Source: a virus. From it: 64,000 nt of DNA. Location: IMG/VR virus record IMGVR_UViG_3300043331_002222. One strand, given 5' to 3'. The translations under genes were made by a program, and so were the position numbers. The notes beneath the pieces were generated by a model, which did not search any database, was not told the origin of the DNA, and saw only the letters and a program-made list of their open reading frames with translations. Shown in pieces: positions 45,128-53,468 of the stretch. Numbering within the stretch: the stretch's first letter is position 1; every line of letters starts with the position of its first letter.

Positions 45128-46029
45128 CAGCTGCTCCCTCCGACCGCTCCGGTCGGGATACCGCCCAGTCGGACCGGGACCGCGAAGTGGCAGCAGTCCC
45201 AGCCGATCACGTACGTCCGCTCGGCAACCAGTACGACGTCGTTGCGGGCACGGTCGAGGGCTTCCACCAGTGGTCGAGTGACCTGGATCGGCCCCCGCCG
45301 TACAGCGACCGCACCGGTCGCGTACAACCAGAAGACTCCACCGGTCGGACCGGACCCGTCTGGCGCTGTGCCCGGGTAACCCGCCCCGGCCGCCACGAGG
45401 TGGCCAGCCGGGGAGCGCAACCGGACTCCGTCCTTCGTCACGAGGGTCTGCGAGGTCAGGTGGGCCAGTGCCTCGGGCGGAACGTGTAGTACCCCCTCGT
45501 GCCCGTAACACTCGGCCAGCGCACCCTCCAGCAGCCCGACGCCCTCGACGATGTCGACCGGTGAGCCCGTGATAGTGACCGCCGCGGTCTGCTCGATCTC
45601 GACCGTCCCCGGGAACGGGCTCCCGGTGACCCCGGTGTCCTCCGCGAGGTGGGGGAGCGTACCCCGGGTGCCGGTCCAGAACTCGAACTCGACGGCCCTG
45701 GCCTCGCCGTTCGTGAGCGCGGCTACGACCCGGGCCTCGTACTCGTCCCAGTTGCCGACCGGTCCGCACACCGGCATCGAGTAGACCGTGAACGGGTTCG
45801 CGGCCCGGGTCTCCCAGACGCCGGTCGGCACCTTGGCCTCCGGCGAACCGGTCGCTGGGCAGACCTCGATCGTGACCTGAGCGGGCGTGCAGGCGTCCGG
45901 CTCGAACCGGACGCCCATCTGCCAGTGCTCGTCGGTCTCGACCGGGGTCTGTGAAACCGAGAAGAGGCCGTAACTGAGGGGGGTACGGGTGGGAGCGGCG
46001 ACCAGGTTGCGGCCACCAGTCATCACCAT
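45127..46029 (-). CDS. Second capsid protein (major capsid pentamer-type)
   Basis: Directly after the major capsid gene; YGLFSV, HWQMGV, NPFTVY, EARAVE, VAAGAGY, AERTYV. Confidence 0.7.
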   Translation of the reverse strand: MVMTGGRNLVAAPTRTPLSYGLFSVSQTPVETDEHWQMGVRFEPDACTPAQVTIEVCPATGSPEAKVPTGVWETRAANPFTVYSMPVCGPVGNWDEYEARVVAALTNGEARAVEFEFWTGTRGTLPHLAEDTGVTGSPFPGTVEIEQTAAVTITGSPVDIVEGVGLLEGALAECYGHEGVLHVPPEALAHLTSQTLVTKDGVRLRSPAGHLVAAGAGYPGTAPDGSGPTGGVFWLYATGAVAVRRGPIQVTRPLVEALDRARNDVVLVAERTYVIGWDCCHFAVPVRLGGIPTGAVGGSS

Positions 46030-46082
46030 CTCGTGCCTCCCTCAGTCGTGCCGTGGTCCATGGGATCGGCTGGCCTAGTCGA

Positions 46083-47837
46083 CTAGACCAGCGCCACCCC
46101 GTCCTGGTTGGCCGCGCCGGTGGTACCGTCGACGGTGAAGTCGACCGTGACCACGCGGGAGAGGTGACCGATGCGCGCCACGAGGTGGCACTCTTCGGTC
46201 CACGCTGCGGTGTGGTCGTTGCGGGCGTTGAGCACGCTGTCTCGGACGACGCCGAGGTCCAGGTCCAGCCCGTTGCCGAGGACGAACGTGCCCGCGGCGT
46301 AGATGAGGAACTGGACGGCGGCCGGCCACGCGGTCCGGGCGGTGGCCTGGCCGGGGAAGTCGCCGCTGCCGACCTGCCAGTCGCTGACGAACTGGACCCT
46401 GACCAGCCGCTGGTCGAACCAGCTCATGATCTGAGCGTCGCTGACCGCGAGCAGGTCCTGCCCAGTCCGCTTGGCGATGTCGCTGCGGATGGCCTCCTTC
46501 GACCACCGCGGCAGGACGACCTCGAGGATGTCGTCGTCGCACATGCGGAACCGCTCCCGGTAGTCCGCGGCCTGCAGGCCGACGGCTCCGAGGAGCCCGG
46601 TGGTGATCGGGCTGTCGGTGCCGGTCACCGTGACGGCGGTCGACTGCGCCACCATGTCGGCGATGTGCCGCTGGTTCATCACGTGCCGGTGTGCGCTCAT
46701 CGTCAACCTGATGTGGTTCTGGATGAGCTCCGGGAACGCCGACTCGGTGAGGTTGCCGGCCGTCACGCAGATGCCGTGGCAGTCGAGGCGCTCCTCGTTG
46801 AAGGTCGGGCAGTCGGGCCGTGCGCACGGCTTGGTGGGACCAGCACCGCCGGTCGCAGCGGCGATGTCGTCGGTCTCGGTCCACAGCCACACGTCGTCGA
46901 GGACGTCGCTGATCGACGGGCTGGTCGGGAACCGGATGCCGCCCCGGGTCACGCCCACGGTCGGCACGTCGACGATGCCATCGTCGCAGGCGATGTTGAA
47001 GAAGTCGTAGATGATGGTGCTCGGTGCGCACCACCCGCCGGCCGCCACGAGGTGCTCGGGGTCGGCGCTGCGCTTGACGACGTCCCAGATCTGCTCGGGT
47101 GTGGCGTCTCGGTCGAGGACGATGTCGAACTCGCGCTTGACCGTCGCCACCGTCGCCTGGCCACTGGGGTTGCCCAGGGTCTTGGCCCGGCGGTGCACGG
47201 CGTCGGCGAGCTTCTCGAAGTCATCGAGCTGACGGCCCGCCGCGTAGCTGGGGACGTCCGGTGCGACCAGGACCATCGCGTCCTGTCGTCCACCCAGCGA
47301 CGGGTCCGGCGCCCGGCGCCGCACCTCGCTGAGCGGCACGTTCAGGCGCCGCCTGGTCGGGATGGACAGGGTGCCACCCTGGTCGCCGGCGGGCTGGGCC
47401 TCTGGGGCCAGCGTCACCGTGGTCTGGGTGGCTGCCTCGACCGGTTCGGCCGGGGGCTCCGCGGACTCCGTGGGCTCGGCCGGGGGTTCGCCACCCTCGC
47501 CGCCCTCGTCTCCCTCACTGCCCTCGGACTGCGCGGTGACCCCGACGCGGGTGGCCAGTTGGTCGAGCTCGGCCGCCATGTCCTGGCGCTCGCTCTCGCG
47601 GCGCTCCTTCTCGGCGGTGACCCGGTCCATCGCCAGCGCGATGGTGCGGGCCTCCTCGAGCGCCTCGCGGGTCAGGTCCCCGCTGCGCAGTGCGTTGAAC
47701 GACTCGAGCAGCGTGCTGCCGAGGGTCTCGAGCTCGTCGGCCGGCATCTGCGTGAGGTCCTCGGGGATCTCGACGCTCTCGCCTTCGACGTGCTCGTCGA
47801 ACGTGAAGATCCAGCTGAGACGCCGGCTCTCTTGCAT
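46083..47837 (-). CDS. Major capsid (hexamer) protein with N-terminal scaffold-like domain
   Basis: AAGGWCAPSTIIYD, VTRGGIRF, PELI, NDHTAAWTEE; AAGGGAG RBS before ATG 47837. Confidence 0.9.
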   Translation of the reverse strand: MQESRRLSWIFTFDEHVEGESVEIPEDLTQMPADELETLGSTLLESFNALRSGDLTREALEEARTIALAMDRVTAEKERRESERQDMAAELDQLATRVGVTAQSEGSEGDEGGEGGEPPAEPTESAEPPAEPVEAATQTTVTLAPEAQPAGDQGGTLSIPTRRRLNVPLSEVRRRAPDPSLGGRQDAMVLVAPDVPSYAAGRQLDDFEKLADAVHRRAKTLGNPSGQATVATVKREFDIVLDRDATPEQIWDVVKRSADPEHLVAAGGWCAPSTIIYDFFNIACDDGIVDVPTVGVTRGGIRFPTSPSISDVLDDVWLWTETDDIAAATGGAGPTKPCARPDCPTFNEERLDCHGICVTAGNLTESAFPELIQNHIRLTMSAHRHVMNQRHIADMVAQSTAVTVTGTDSPITTGLLGAVGLQAADYRERFRMCDDDILEVVLPRWSKEAIRSDIAKRTGQDLLAVSDAQIMSWFDQRLVRVQFVSDWQVGSGDFPGQATARTAWPAAVQFLIYAAGTFVLGNGLDLDLGVVRDSVLNARNDHTAAWTEECHLVARIGHLSRVVTVDFTVDGTTGAANQDGVALV

Positions 47838-47971
47838 GACGGGCTCCCTTGGTACTGAAGCGACCTGTTGGTTCTCCGTTGGAGGGGACCAGGTCTCGCT
47901 CCGTACCCTCTGGCCCTGGGCCGTCGGGCTGGCGGCTTCGGTGGCCGCCCGCGCCATGCGCGATCGCGGGC

Positions 47972-48002
47972 AGTGTACCACGAGGTGTGGGGGTGCTGTC
48001 CA
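47972..48002 (-). promoter_or_regulatory. Capsid-operon promoter TGGACA-N19-TACACT (extended -10 TGG)
   Basis: Family match with a longer spacer; divergent from the 48013 promoter. Confidence 0.55.
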
Positions 48003-48012
48003 GCACGCTCAC

Positions 48013-48041
48013 TGGACACGGCCTCGATCGTAAGGTAAGGT
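48013..48041 (+). promoter_or_regulatory. Promoter TGGACA-N17-TAAGGT, leaderless for 48049
   Basis: Exact match; ATG 7 nt downstream. Confidence 0.75.
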
Positions 48042-48048
48042 CTCGGCC

Positions 48049-48336
48049 ATGGAAGAGACGAAGATCCTCAAGCCCAACCCCATCAGCACCACCCAGTTCA
48101 CCTGGGACAAGGCGTCCAAGACCTTCATCGGCGAGATCTCCAGCACCCACGGCTTCGGCCGGGTGTACAACGACTCCGCCGACGAGGGGCTCACCCTCGT
48201 CTCACAGTGGACCGGTCGTGAGATGGTGTTCGTGGTGGAGCACACCGAGCGTGACCAGGACGGTGACGTTCAGTTCTGGCTGCTCAAGCCGGTCGATCGC
48301 TCCCTGTGGGCGACTGTCAAGCTGTTCAACGACTAG
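48049..48336 (+). CDS. Hypothetical protein in an opposite-strand cassette
   Basis: Own promoter and terminator; globular sequence, RVYNDSADEG...KLFND. Confidence 0.75.
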   Translation: MEETKILKPNPISTTQFTWDKASKTFIGEISSTHGFGRVYNDSADEGLTLVSQWTGREMVFVVEHTERDQDGDVQFWLLKPVDRSLWATVKLFND

Positions 48337-48341
48337 CTAGG

Positions 48342-48364
48342 AGCCCCCGGAGACCCCGGGGGCT
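48342..48364 (+). terminator. Intrinsic terminator
   Basis: AGCCCCCGG-agacc-CCGGGGGCT followed by TCTTCG. Confidence 0.7.
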
Positions 48365-48384
48365 TCTTCGTGCCCAGAAACTTC

Positions 48385-48414
48385 TGGACGACGCTTGGCC
48401 TTGGTAGGTAAGGT
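48385..48414 (+). promoter_or_regulatory. Promoter TGGACG-N18-TAAGGT with no downstream protein gene
   Basis: Family match. Confidence 0.65.
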
Positions 48415-48420
48415 GTCGGT

Positions 48421-48705
48421 CCGGTAGAGGACCCACCTCACGGCCGTGAGGGGGGTTGTGAGTGACAGAACGAGGGCTCCCTCTCTTCTCGGGGAACCCG
48501 ACCCATTGTGACGGTACGAAACCAGCCGTGACCAGGGCTCTCCCACCAACGGCAAGTGCTGAGGTGGTGATCCCGAACTCGAGGCGAGCTACCTCGGGGG
48601 CCGTGGCGGAGGTTGCGCTCCCGTACTGAGCTCGTCGGAACGGCCTGCAACGCCCAGAGAGGCCGACGTTGGGGGTAGGCAGTCCCCCCTCACACCCTCT
48701 ACCAC
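48421..48705 (+). ncRNA. Candidate structured ncRNA (about 285 nt)
   Basis: 5' GGTAGAGG pairs with 3' CCTCTACC; at least six internal hairpins; own promoter. Confidence 0.5.
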
Positions 48706-49268
48706 CGTCCGGGCGCCCCCGAAGTGTTCTGCCCGTCGATGGTCCAGACCCACGTGACCTCGTCGACGTGGTGGAACTTGGCCCCGAGCCGGTTCATCTG
48801 CATCCAGAACTCCCAGTCGTCGCCGCTGAAGCCAGCGTTGATCGGCGGCGGGAAGTGGCACTGCCGAGCGAGCTCCCCTCGGACGAGTGCCGTGATCGGG
48901 AACGTGTGCGGTACGTTGGGGTCCCACTGCTTGCCACGGTTGCACGCGATCGGATCACCGCCACCAAGGCTGGGCGTGTACCACGGCCACACGATGTCGG
49001 CCTCGGTCGTCGCCTGTTCCCGCAGCAGGGTCTCGAGGTGGTGTGGGAGGAGCTGGTCATCGTCGTCAAGGAACGCGACCCACTCGCTCGTGGTCGCCAG
49101 CAGGGCACGGGTCCGGGTCGGCCCAGCGCCCTCCTTGTCATGGTCGACAGCGATCGAGACGTGCTCGGGCGGCACGGTCTGTGACCACACGCTGGGCAGG
49201 CACCGGTTGAGCAACGACTGGTTCCGTGGCGGGATCGAGGGGATGACTACCGCGATGCCGCTCGCCAC
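48699..49268 (-). CDS. GT-A (family 2) glycosyltransferase
   Basis: VVIPSIPPR, EGAGPTR, VAFLDDDD, DDWEFW; GGGAGG RBS before GTG 49268. Confidence 0.88.
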   Translation of the reverse strand: MASGIAVVIPSIPPRNQSLLNRCLPSVWSQTVPPEHVSIAVDHDKEGAGPTRTRALLATTSEWVAFLDDDDQLLPHHLETLLREQATTEADIVWPWYTPSLGGGDPIACNRGKQWDPNVPHTFPITALVRGELARQCHFPPPINAGFSGDDWEFWMQMNRLGAKFHHVDEVTWVWTIDGQNTSGAPGRW

Positions 49269-49885
49269 GACTGTCCTCCCACGCCGGCCCCGAGGTGAAG
49301 CCGCCAGGTCCGGTGTGGCACGTGCACGAACTTCGCGTGAATGTCGAGCAGCCGGTTGAGCAGTGCCCAGTCCTCGCACTGCCGGTACCGCTCGTACTCC
49401 TCGCTGTCGTGACTGGGGTAGCCACCTACGGCCTCGAGCATCGAGCGCCGGACGAGGATGGTGGCCGGGATGAACGCGTGCTGCCGCATGTGTCGGGCCT
49501 GCTCGGGGCCGAACGCGACTCCGAGGGGACTGCGCAGCATGCCGTTGACCGGACACGCGAGCTTCTCGTCGCTCGAGATGTTGCCCATCTCGTCGTAGAG
49601 CTCGAACCACGGGTAGACGACGTCGGCCTGCTGGCTGTACGCGGCCATGACGCACCGGGCGAGGTGGTCCTCGTTGAACTCGTCATCGTCATCGAGGAAG
49701 GCTACAAACTCGCTCGTAGCCCGCCGCCACGCCTTGTTGCGGGTCGGCCCCGCGCCCTCGCCGTCTCGGTCCACCTGCACGATCGTCTCGTCTGGTGGCC
49801 AGAGCTGGACCTCGACCGAGGCAAGCGCCCGCTCGAGCAGCGCCTTGCGTGGCGGGATGGTCGCGATGCAGACGGAGACGCTCAC
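49247..49885 (-). CDS. GT-A (family 2) glycosyltransferase
   Basis: VCIATIPPR, EGAGPTRN, VAFLDDDD, EDWALL. Confidence 0.88.
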   Translation of the reverse strand: MSVSVCIATIPPRKALLERALASVEVQLWPPDETIVQVDRDGEGAGPTRNKAWRRATSEFVAFLDDDDEFNEDHLARCVMAAYSQQADVVYPWFELYDEMGNISSDEKLACPVNGMLRSPLGVAFGPEQARHMRQHAFIPATILVRRSMLEAVGGYPSHDSEEYERYRQCEDWALLNRLLDIHAKFVHVPHRTWRLHLGAGVGGQSWRAASR

Positions 49886-51063
49886 AGGACCGTCGGCACG
49901 GGGAGGGGAACGATCCACTTCTCGACCCCGAGGTCGCGCTTCAGGACATCCGCAGCGTAGTTCCAGGCGAGCAAGAGCACGGTCTGCTCGTGCCACGCCC
50001 CGGCGTACGGTGGCCGGATCTCGATTCCGGTGTTCGGGATGAAGCGGCCCTGCTTCGCCAGGGTCGTGTCCGTGACATGGCTGACCTCGGCATCGTCCAG
50101 TCCGCAGAAGTGCAGGAGAGTCGTGGCCTTCGCTGGCGCGCCGAACCCCATGACGTCGTGGTGGGACAACAGGTTGAGCAACCGGTCCCGGACCCGCTCG
50201 GCCCGGCCCTGGAAGCCCCGGTACGCGACCAGGTCCCGCAGCCACGCCTCTTGCGCGAGCAGGTAGTCCCGCTGGTGGCAGGACACCCGTCGCTTCACGG
50301 CCTGGACCCGGATACTGCCGCCCTGCCGGTCGGTCTGCTCCACGGCCGCGACGTACAGTCCGTGCTGCTCGAGCGCTCTGCTAAGGCTGGTCAGGCTGAA
50401 GAAGTTCCGGTGCTCGTGGTAGACGAGGTCGAATGCGTTGTTGAGCAGCAGGTCCGGGAGGTACTGGACCTCGACGTAGACAACCCCGTCGTCCGCCACG
50501 AGCAGGGCCGCGCCAGCGAGCACGTCACTAACGTCCTCGACGTGAGCGAGCACGTGGTTCAGCACCACCACGCCGGGTCGCTGCACGAACCCGTCGGCGA
50601 GCTCGATGGCGAGCGCTCGGCTGAACGGCTCGTCGACGACGTTCAGCCCCCACTCCTGTGCCCGCTTGACCGGGCCGGTCGCCGGGTCCACCCCGAGGGC
50701 TGGCCCGTTCCCGGTGAAGTGCCGAAGGAAGTCCCCGTCGTTGCAACCGACTTCGACCAGGCCCTGCTGGACTAGGGCACCGTGCCGTGACAGGACCCGC
50801 ATCGCGTACTGGCCGTGGTAGTTCGACAAGGGCAGGCTGGCCGAGCTGTAGAAGCTGTAGCCGGTCCCGAACAGCTCGCCGGCCGGGACGACCTCGAGCA
50901 GCTGGGCCAGCCAGCAGCCGGTGCACACCGCGACCTGTAGCGGGTAGAGCGGCTGGCGCTCGTTCGCAGTCTCGGTGTACGCGTCAGCGATGGGGCTGTA
51001 GCCCAAGTCGAGGAAGAGCTCGAGGCCGTTGTAGCCGCAGGCAGAGCAGGTGGTGCGGATCAC
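49882..51063 (-). CDS. NDP-sugar C-methyltransferase (TylCIII/TcaB9-type)
   Basis: N-terminal CSACG...C..C zinc site, LDLGYSPIAD, VEVGCNDG, NHVLAHV, YHEHRNFFS, GFGAPAKA, LLAWNY. Confidence 0.9.
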   Translation of the reverse strand: MIRTTCSACGYNGLELFLDLGYSPIADAYTETANERQPLYPLQVAVCTGCWLAQLLEVVPAGELFGTGYSFYSSASLPLSNYHGQYAMRVLSRHGALVQQGLVEVGCNDGDFLRHFTGNGPALGVDPATGPVKRAQEWGLNVVDEPFSRALAIELADGFVQRPGVVVLNHVLAHVEDVSDVLAGAALLVADDGVVYVEVQYLPDLLLNNAFDLVYHEHRNFFSLTSLSRALEQHGLYVAAVEQTDRQGGSIRVQAVKRRVSCHQRDYLLAQEAWLRDLVAYRGFQGRAERVRDRLLNLLSHHDVMGFGAPAKATTLLHFCGLDDAEVSHVTDTTLAKQGRFIPNTGIEIRPPYAGAWHEQTVLLLAWNYAADVLKRDLGVEKWIVPLPVPTVL

Positions 51064-51587
51064 GAGGTAAACCTACCAGCGTAAGCGCGCACCACGTACT
51101 GCCAGCGCTGGTTCGGGTCGACGATCGGCCAACCTCCCTCGATGCGGTCGAGGCCCAGGTCCCAGACCCGCGGCCAGCCCGCCTCGAGCAGGAGCTTCTC
51201 CACGAGCGGGCCGCTGGTCTCCCACTGGTGGACGTCCCCGGCCCACCGGCCCGCTCCGTGCTTGATCGCCTCAAGGGTACCCCAGCTCCAGTCGAATGTC
51301 CCATCAGCGATCATCTGCTCGGCGAGCGGGACGTCCGGTCCGACCGCGACGAGGACGCAGCCCTCGCTGTGCGCGCACCAGAGCAGCTGCTCGCAGAGCC
51401 CGAAGCAGTCGTCCCGGGTGAGGTGCTCGAACAGGTGCCCAGCGTAGACGTGAGTGACCGCGCTCCGCCAGTGCTCGGGGAGCGGCCCGGTCAGATCGAC
51501 CCGCTCGTCCACTCGGTGGGGCGTCTGGAAGTCGACGTTCACCCAACCGGGCTGGTAGCGGTCAGCGCAGCCGAGGTTCAGCCGCAC
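51060..51587 (-). CDS. Small class I SAM-dependent methyltransferase-like protein
   Basis: RLNLGCA...GWVNVD, YAGHLFEHL. Confidence 0.8.
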   Translation of the reverse strand: MRLNLGCADRYQPGWVNVDFQTPHRVDERVDLTGPLPEHWRSAVTHVYAGHLFEHLTRDDCFGLCEQLLWCAHSEGCVLVAVGPDVPLAEQMIADGTFDWSWGTLEAIKHGAGRWAGDVHQWETSGPLVEKLLLEAGWPRVWDLGLDRIEGGWPIVDPNQRWQYVVRAYAGRFTS

Positions 51588-52207
51588 GGTTCCTCGGCGT
51601 AGTACTCACCGGGCACGAACCGGAGCCGGGTGTGCTTGGTCGGCGGTCCCTCAACGGTGGGGAGCAGTCGCACGGGCAACACTCGGAAGTCGAAGCTGAC
51701 CCTGGTCCGCCCCGTGTCGTTGAGCTTGTTGCCGTGCAACCGCTTCGCAGCCGAGAACTCTGCGATCTGCCCTGGCCACGCGTTGACACACTGGAGCTCG
51801 CCGTCGTCGTCTTGCACCCACAGGCTGGCTGACCCGTGAGCCGCGGTCAGCGGCAGCCACATGGTCACCTCGTCGAGGGGGTGGTGGTACTGGGCGTCGG
51901 TGTGCAGCTCGCCGACCGCGGTGTTGCCCGGGAGCTGGACCCGGAACGTGGGCACCCGTTGGTAGTAGAACGGCTCCTCGACCCGCTCGGCTACGACCTC
52001 CCGCACGAACGCATCGTAGACCCGCTGCCACGTGTGGAAGTCGCCGTAGAACAGTGGGTGCCAGGGTGACTGCTGGTCGGTCTGCCAGGTCCGCTTGGGT
52101 AGGTCGGCTTCGAGTCCGTAGAGGCTGGTGACGCCGAGCGACAGCCGGACCAGCTCTGGGAACGGGTACTCCGTCAAGTCGTAGTCGAACAGCTCCCAGG
52201 GGGTCAC
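51578..52207 (-). CDS. StrG-like 2OG-Fe(II)/DSBH-fold protein
   Basis: FDYDLTEYPF, YQRVPTFRVQLPGN, HTD..H (HxD...H), LHGNKLNDTGRTRVSFDFR. Confidence 0.75.
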   Translation of the reverse strand: MTPWELFDYDLTEYPFPELVRLSLGVTSLYGLEADLPKRTWQTDQQSPWHPLFYGDFHTWQRVYDAFVREVVAERVEEPFYYQRVPTFRVQLPGNTAVGELHTDAQYHHPLDEVTMWLPLTAAHGSASLWVQDDDGELQCVNAWPGQIAEFSAAKRLHGNKLNDTGRTRVSFDFRVLPVRLLPTVEGPPTKHTRLRFVPGEYYAEEPCG

Positions 52208-52821
52208 GCCAGGCTCCACTTCTGACGGTACAGCTCGGCGGCCTCGCGGCACTTAGCGGCGCTCTCTTCGCTCGAGTACCCCTCGAGGTTGTGGTGCCAC
52301 GTGTCGACGTCCACGACCACTGCCCGCTTGCCGGCTGCCCGGACCTGCATGCCGATCTCGTCGTACCCGTGGAACCAGGTGAACCGCGGGTCGAAGCGCA
52401 GGTTCTGCACTAGCCAGGGTGACAGCACCATGATGCTGCCCTCGAGGAGGGTGACGTCGCCCTCTCGCTGACCGAAGTCGATCAGCCGCCGGTCGGTGCG
52501 CTGGTGACCGACCGGGCTGTGGTTCCACCAGTAGATCGACTCGCCACCACCACCCGCGACCCCGACCATAGCCACGTCTGGGTTCCGTAGTGGAGCGAGG
52601 AGCTTGGCTTCACCGTCCAGGTCGAGTAGCTCGAGGTCGTCGTGGACCAGCACGAGGGCCTCGAGGTCAGCGTGGTACTGGACCGTGTCCAGGACCTCGT
52701 TGTAGGCCCGCACGATCCCGGGGTACCCGTGCTTCGTGAACGTGGGCCGGCCCCCGGTCCACGGTGCGACGTACTGGTTGAACTTCTCCCAGCTCCCGAC
52801 GCAGCAGCCGTAGACGATCAC
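52204..52821 (-). CDS. StrF-like glycosyltransferase (Glyco_tranf_2_5-type)
   Basis: IVRAYN, LVHDDLE, VGVAGG, LLEG..M, FDPRF..FHGYD. Confidence 0.75.
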   Translation of the reverse strand: MIVYGCCVGSWEKFNQYVAPWTGGRPTFTKHGYPGIVRAYNEVLDTVQYHADLEALVLVHDDLELLDLDGEAKLLAPLRNPDVAMVGVAGGGGESIYWWNHSPVGHQRTDRRLIDFGQREGDVTLLEGSIMVLSPWLVQNLRFDPRFTWFHGYDEIGMQVRAAGKRAVVVDVDTWHHNLEGYSSEESAAKCREAAELYRQKWSLA

Positions 52822-53465
52822 CGGTGACCCCACTTGGCCTGGAACGTCCGGCCGTCCAGCCCGGCCTGGTGGGCCAGGTCCGGCCGCGCAGTGTACTCTC
52901 CGACCCGGAGGTTCGGTGCCGGTGCCCCGGCTACGATCACCGTGCCGCAGCGCTGGCGGGCCTGCCAGTCCACGTCCGTGTCGCAGTACCACCAGTGGAG
53001 TGACTCGTCAGCCCGGAGTCCCTGCTCGCCGGGGAGCATGAACGCCCACGGGCACATGCGATCTCCGCCGTTCGACAGCTCCCGGAGCAGGTACGGACTC
53101 GAGATGGCCTCGTAGCTGTGGGCCGAGGCCGCGCTAGCACCCCACTCTCGCAGCCCGGTTGCGACCCGGTCGTACCAGTCGGGTGGGACTACGACGTCGT
53201 CGCAGAGGAGCGCGACCTCCCACGTGCCCTTCTCGGGCTCGCTCGCCGAGATCGCTTCGAGCTGCGTGTTCCACAGTCGAGCGAGGTTGGGTGGCTGGTC
53301 CGGGACGTTCAGGATCACGACTCCGTCGGGCCACTCACCGTCGACCGGCGGATCACTGGCGTTGTCCACGACCGTGACCTGGTCAACCTGCGGAAGGACC
53401 GCAGCCACGCACTGCCTGAGCAGCTCGAGGCGGTTGTGCGTGAGCACGACCGCGTGCCTAGCCAC
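52818..53465 (-). CDS. GT-A (family 2) glycosyltransferase
   Basis: VVLTHNR, VVDNAS, LLCDDV, WWYCDTD. Confidence 0.85.
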   Translation of the reverse strand: MARHAVVLTHNRLELLRQCVAAVLPQVDQVTVVDNASDPPVDGEWPDGVVILNVPDQPPNLARLWNTQLEAISASEPEKGTWEVALLCDDVVVPPDWYDRVATGLREWGASAASAHSYEAISSPYLLRELSNGGDRMCPWAFMLPGEQGLRADESLHWWYCDTDVDWQARQRCGTVIVAGAPAPNLRVGEYTARPDLAHQAGLDGRTFQAKWGHR

Positions 53466-53468
53466 GGC

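Noticed and set aside
44843-45769. 308-aa minus-strand ORF as a whole
   Set aside because: Only the last 94 codons (from ATG 45127) look real; the rest overlaps the second capsid gene in another frame
48421-48705. tRNA, tmRNA, RNase P or hammerhead identity for the RNA candidate
   Set aside because: No T-loop GTTCRA, no tmRNA-type termini, no GAGGAAAGTCC, no CTGANGA core found by eye
51060-51587. Carboxy-SAM synthase (CmoA) to supply the atypical C5-MTase
   Set aside because: Too short (175 aa), LNLGC-type motif, and embedded in the sugar cluster
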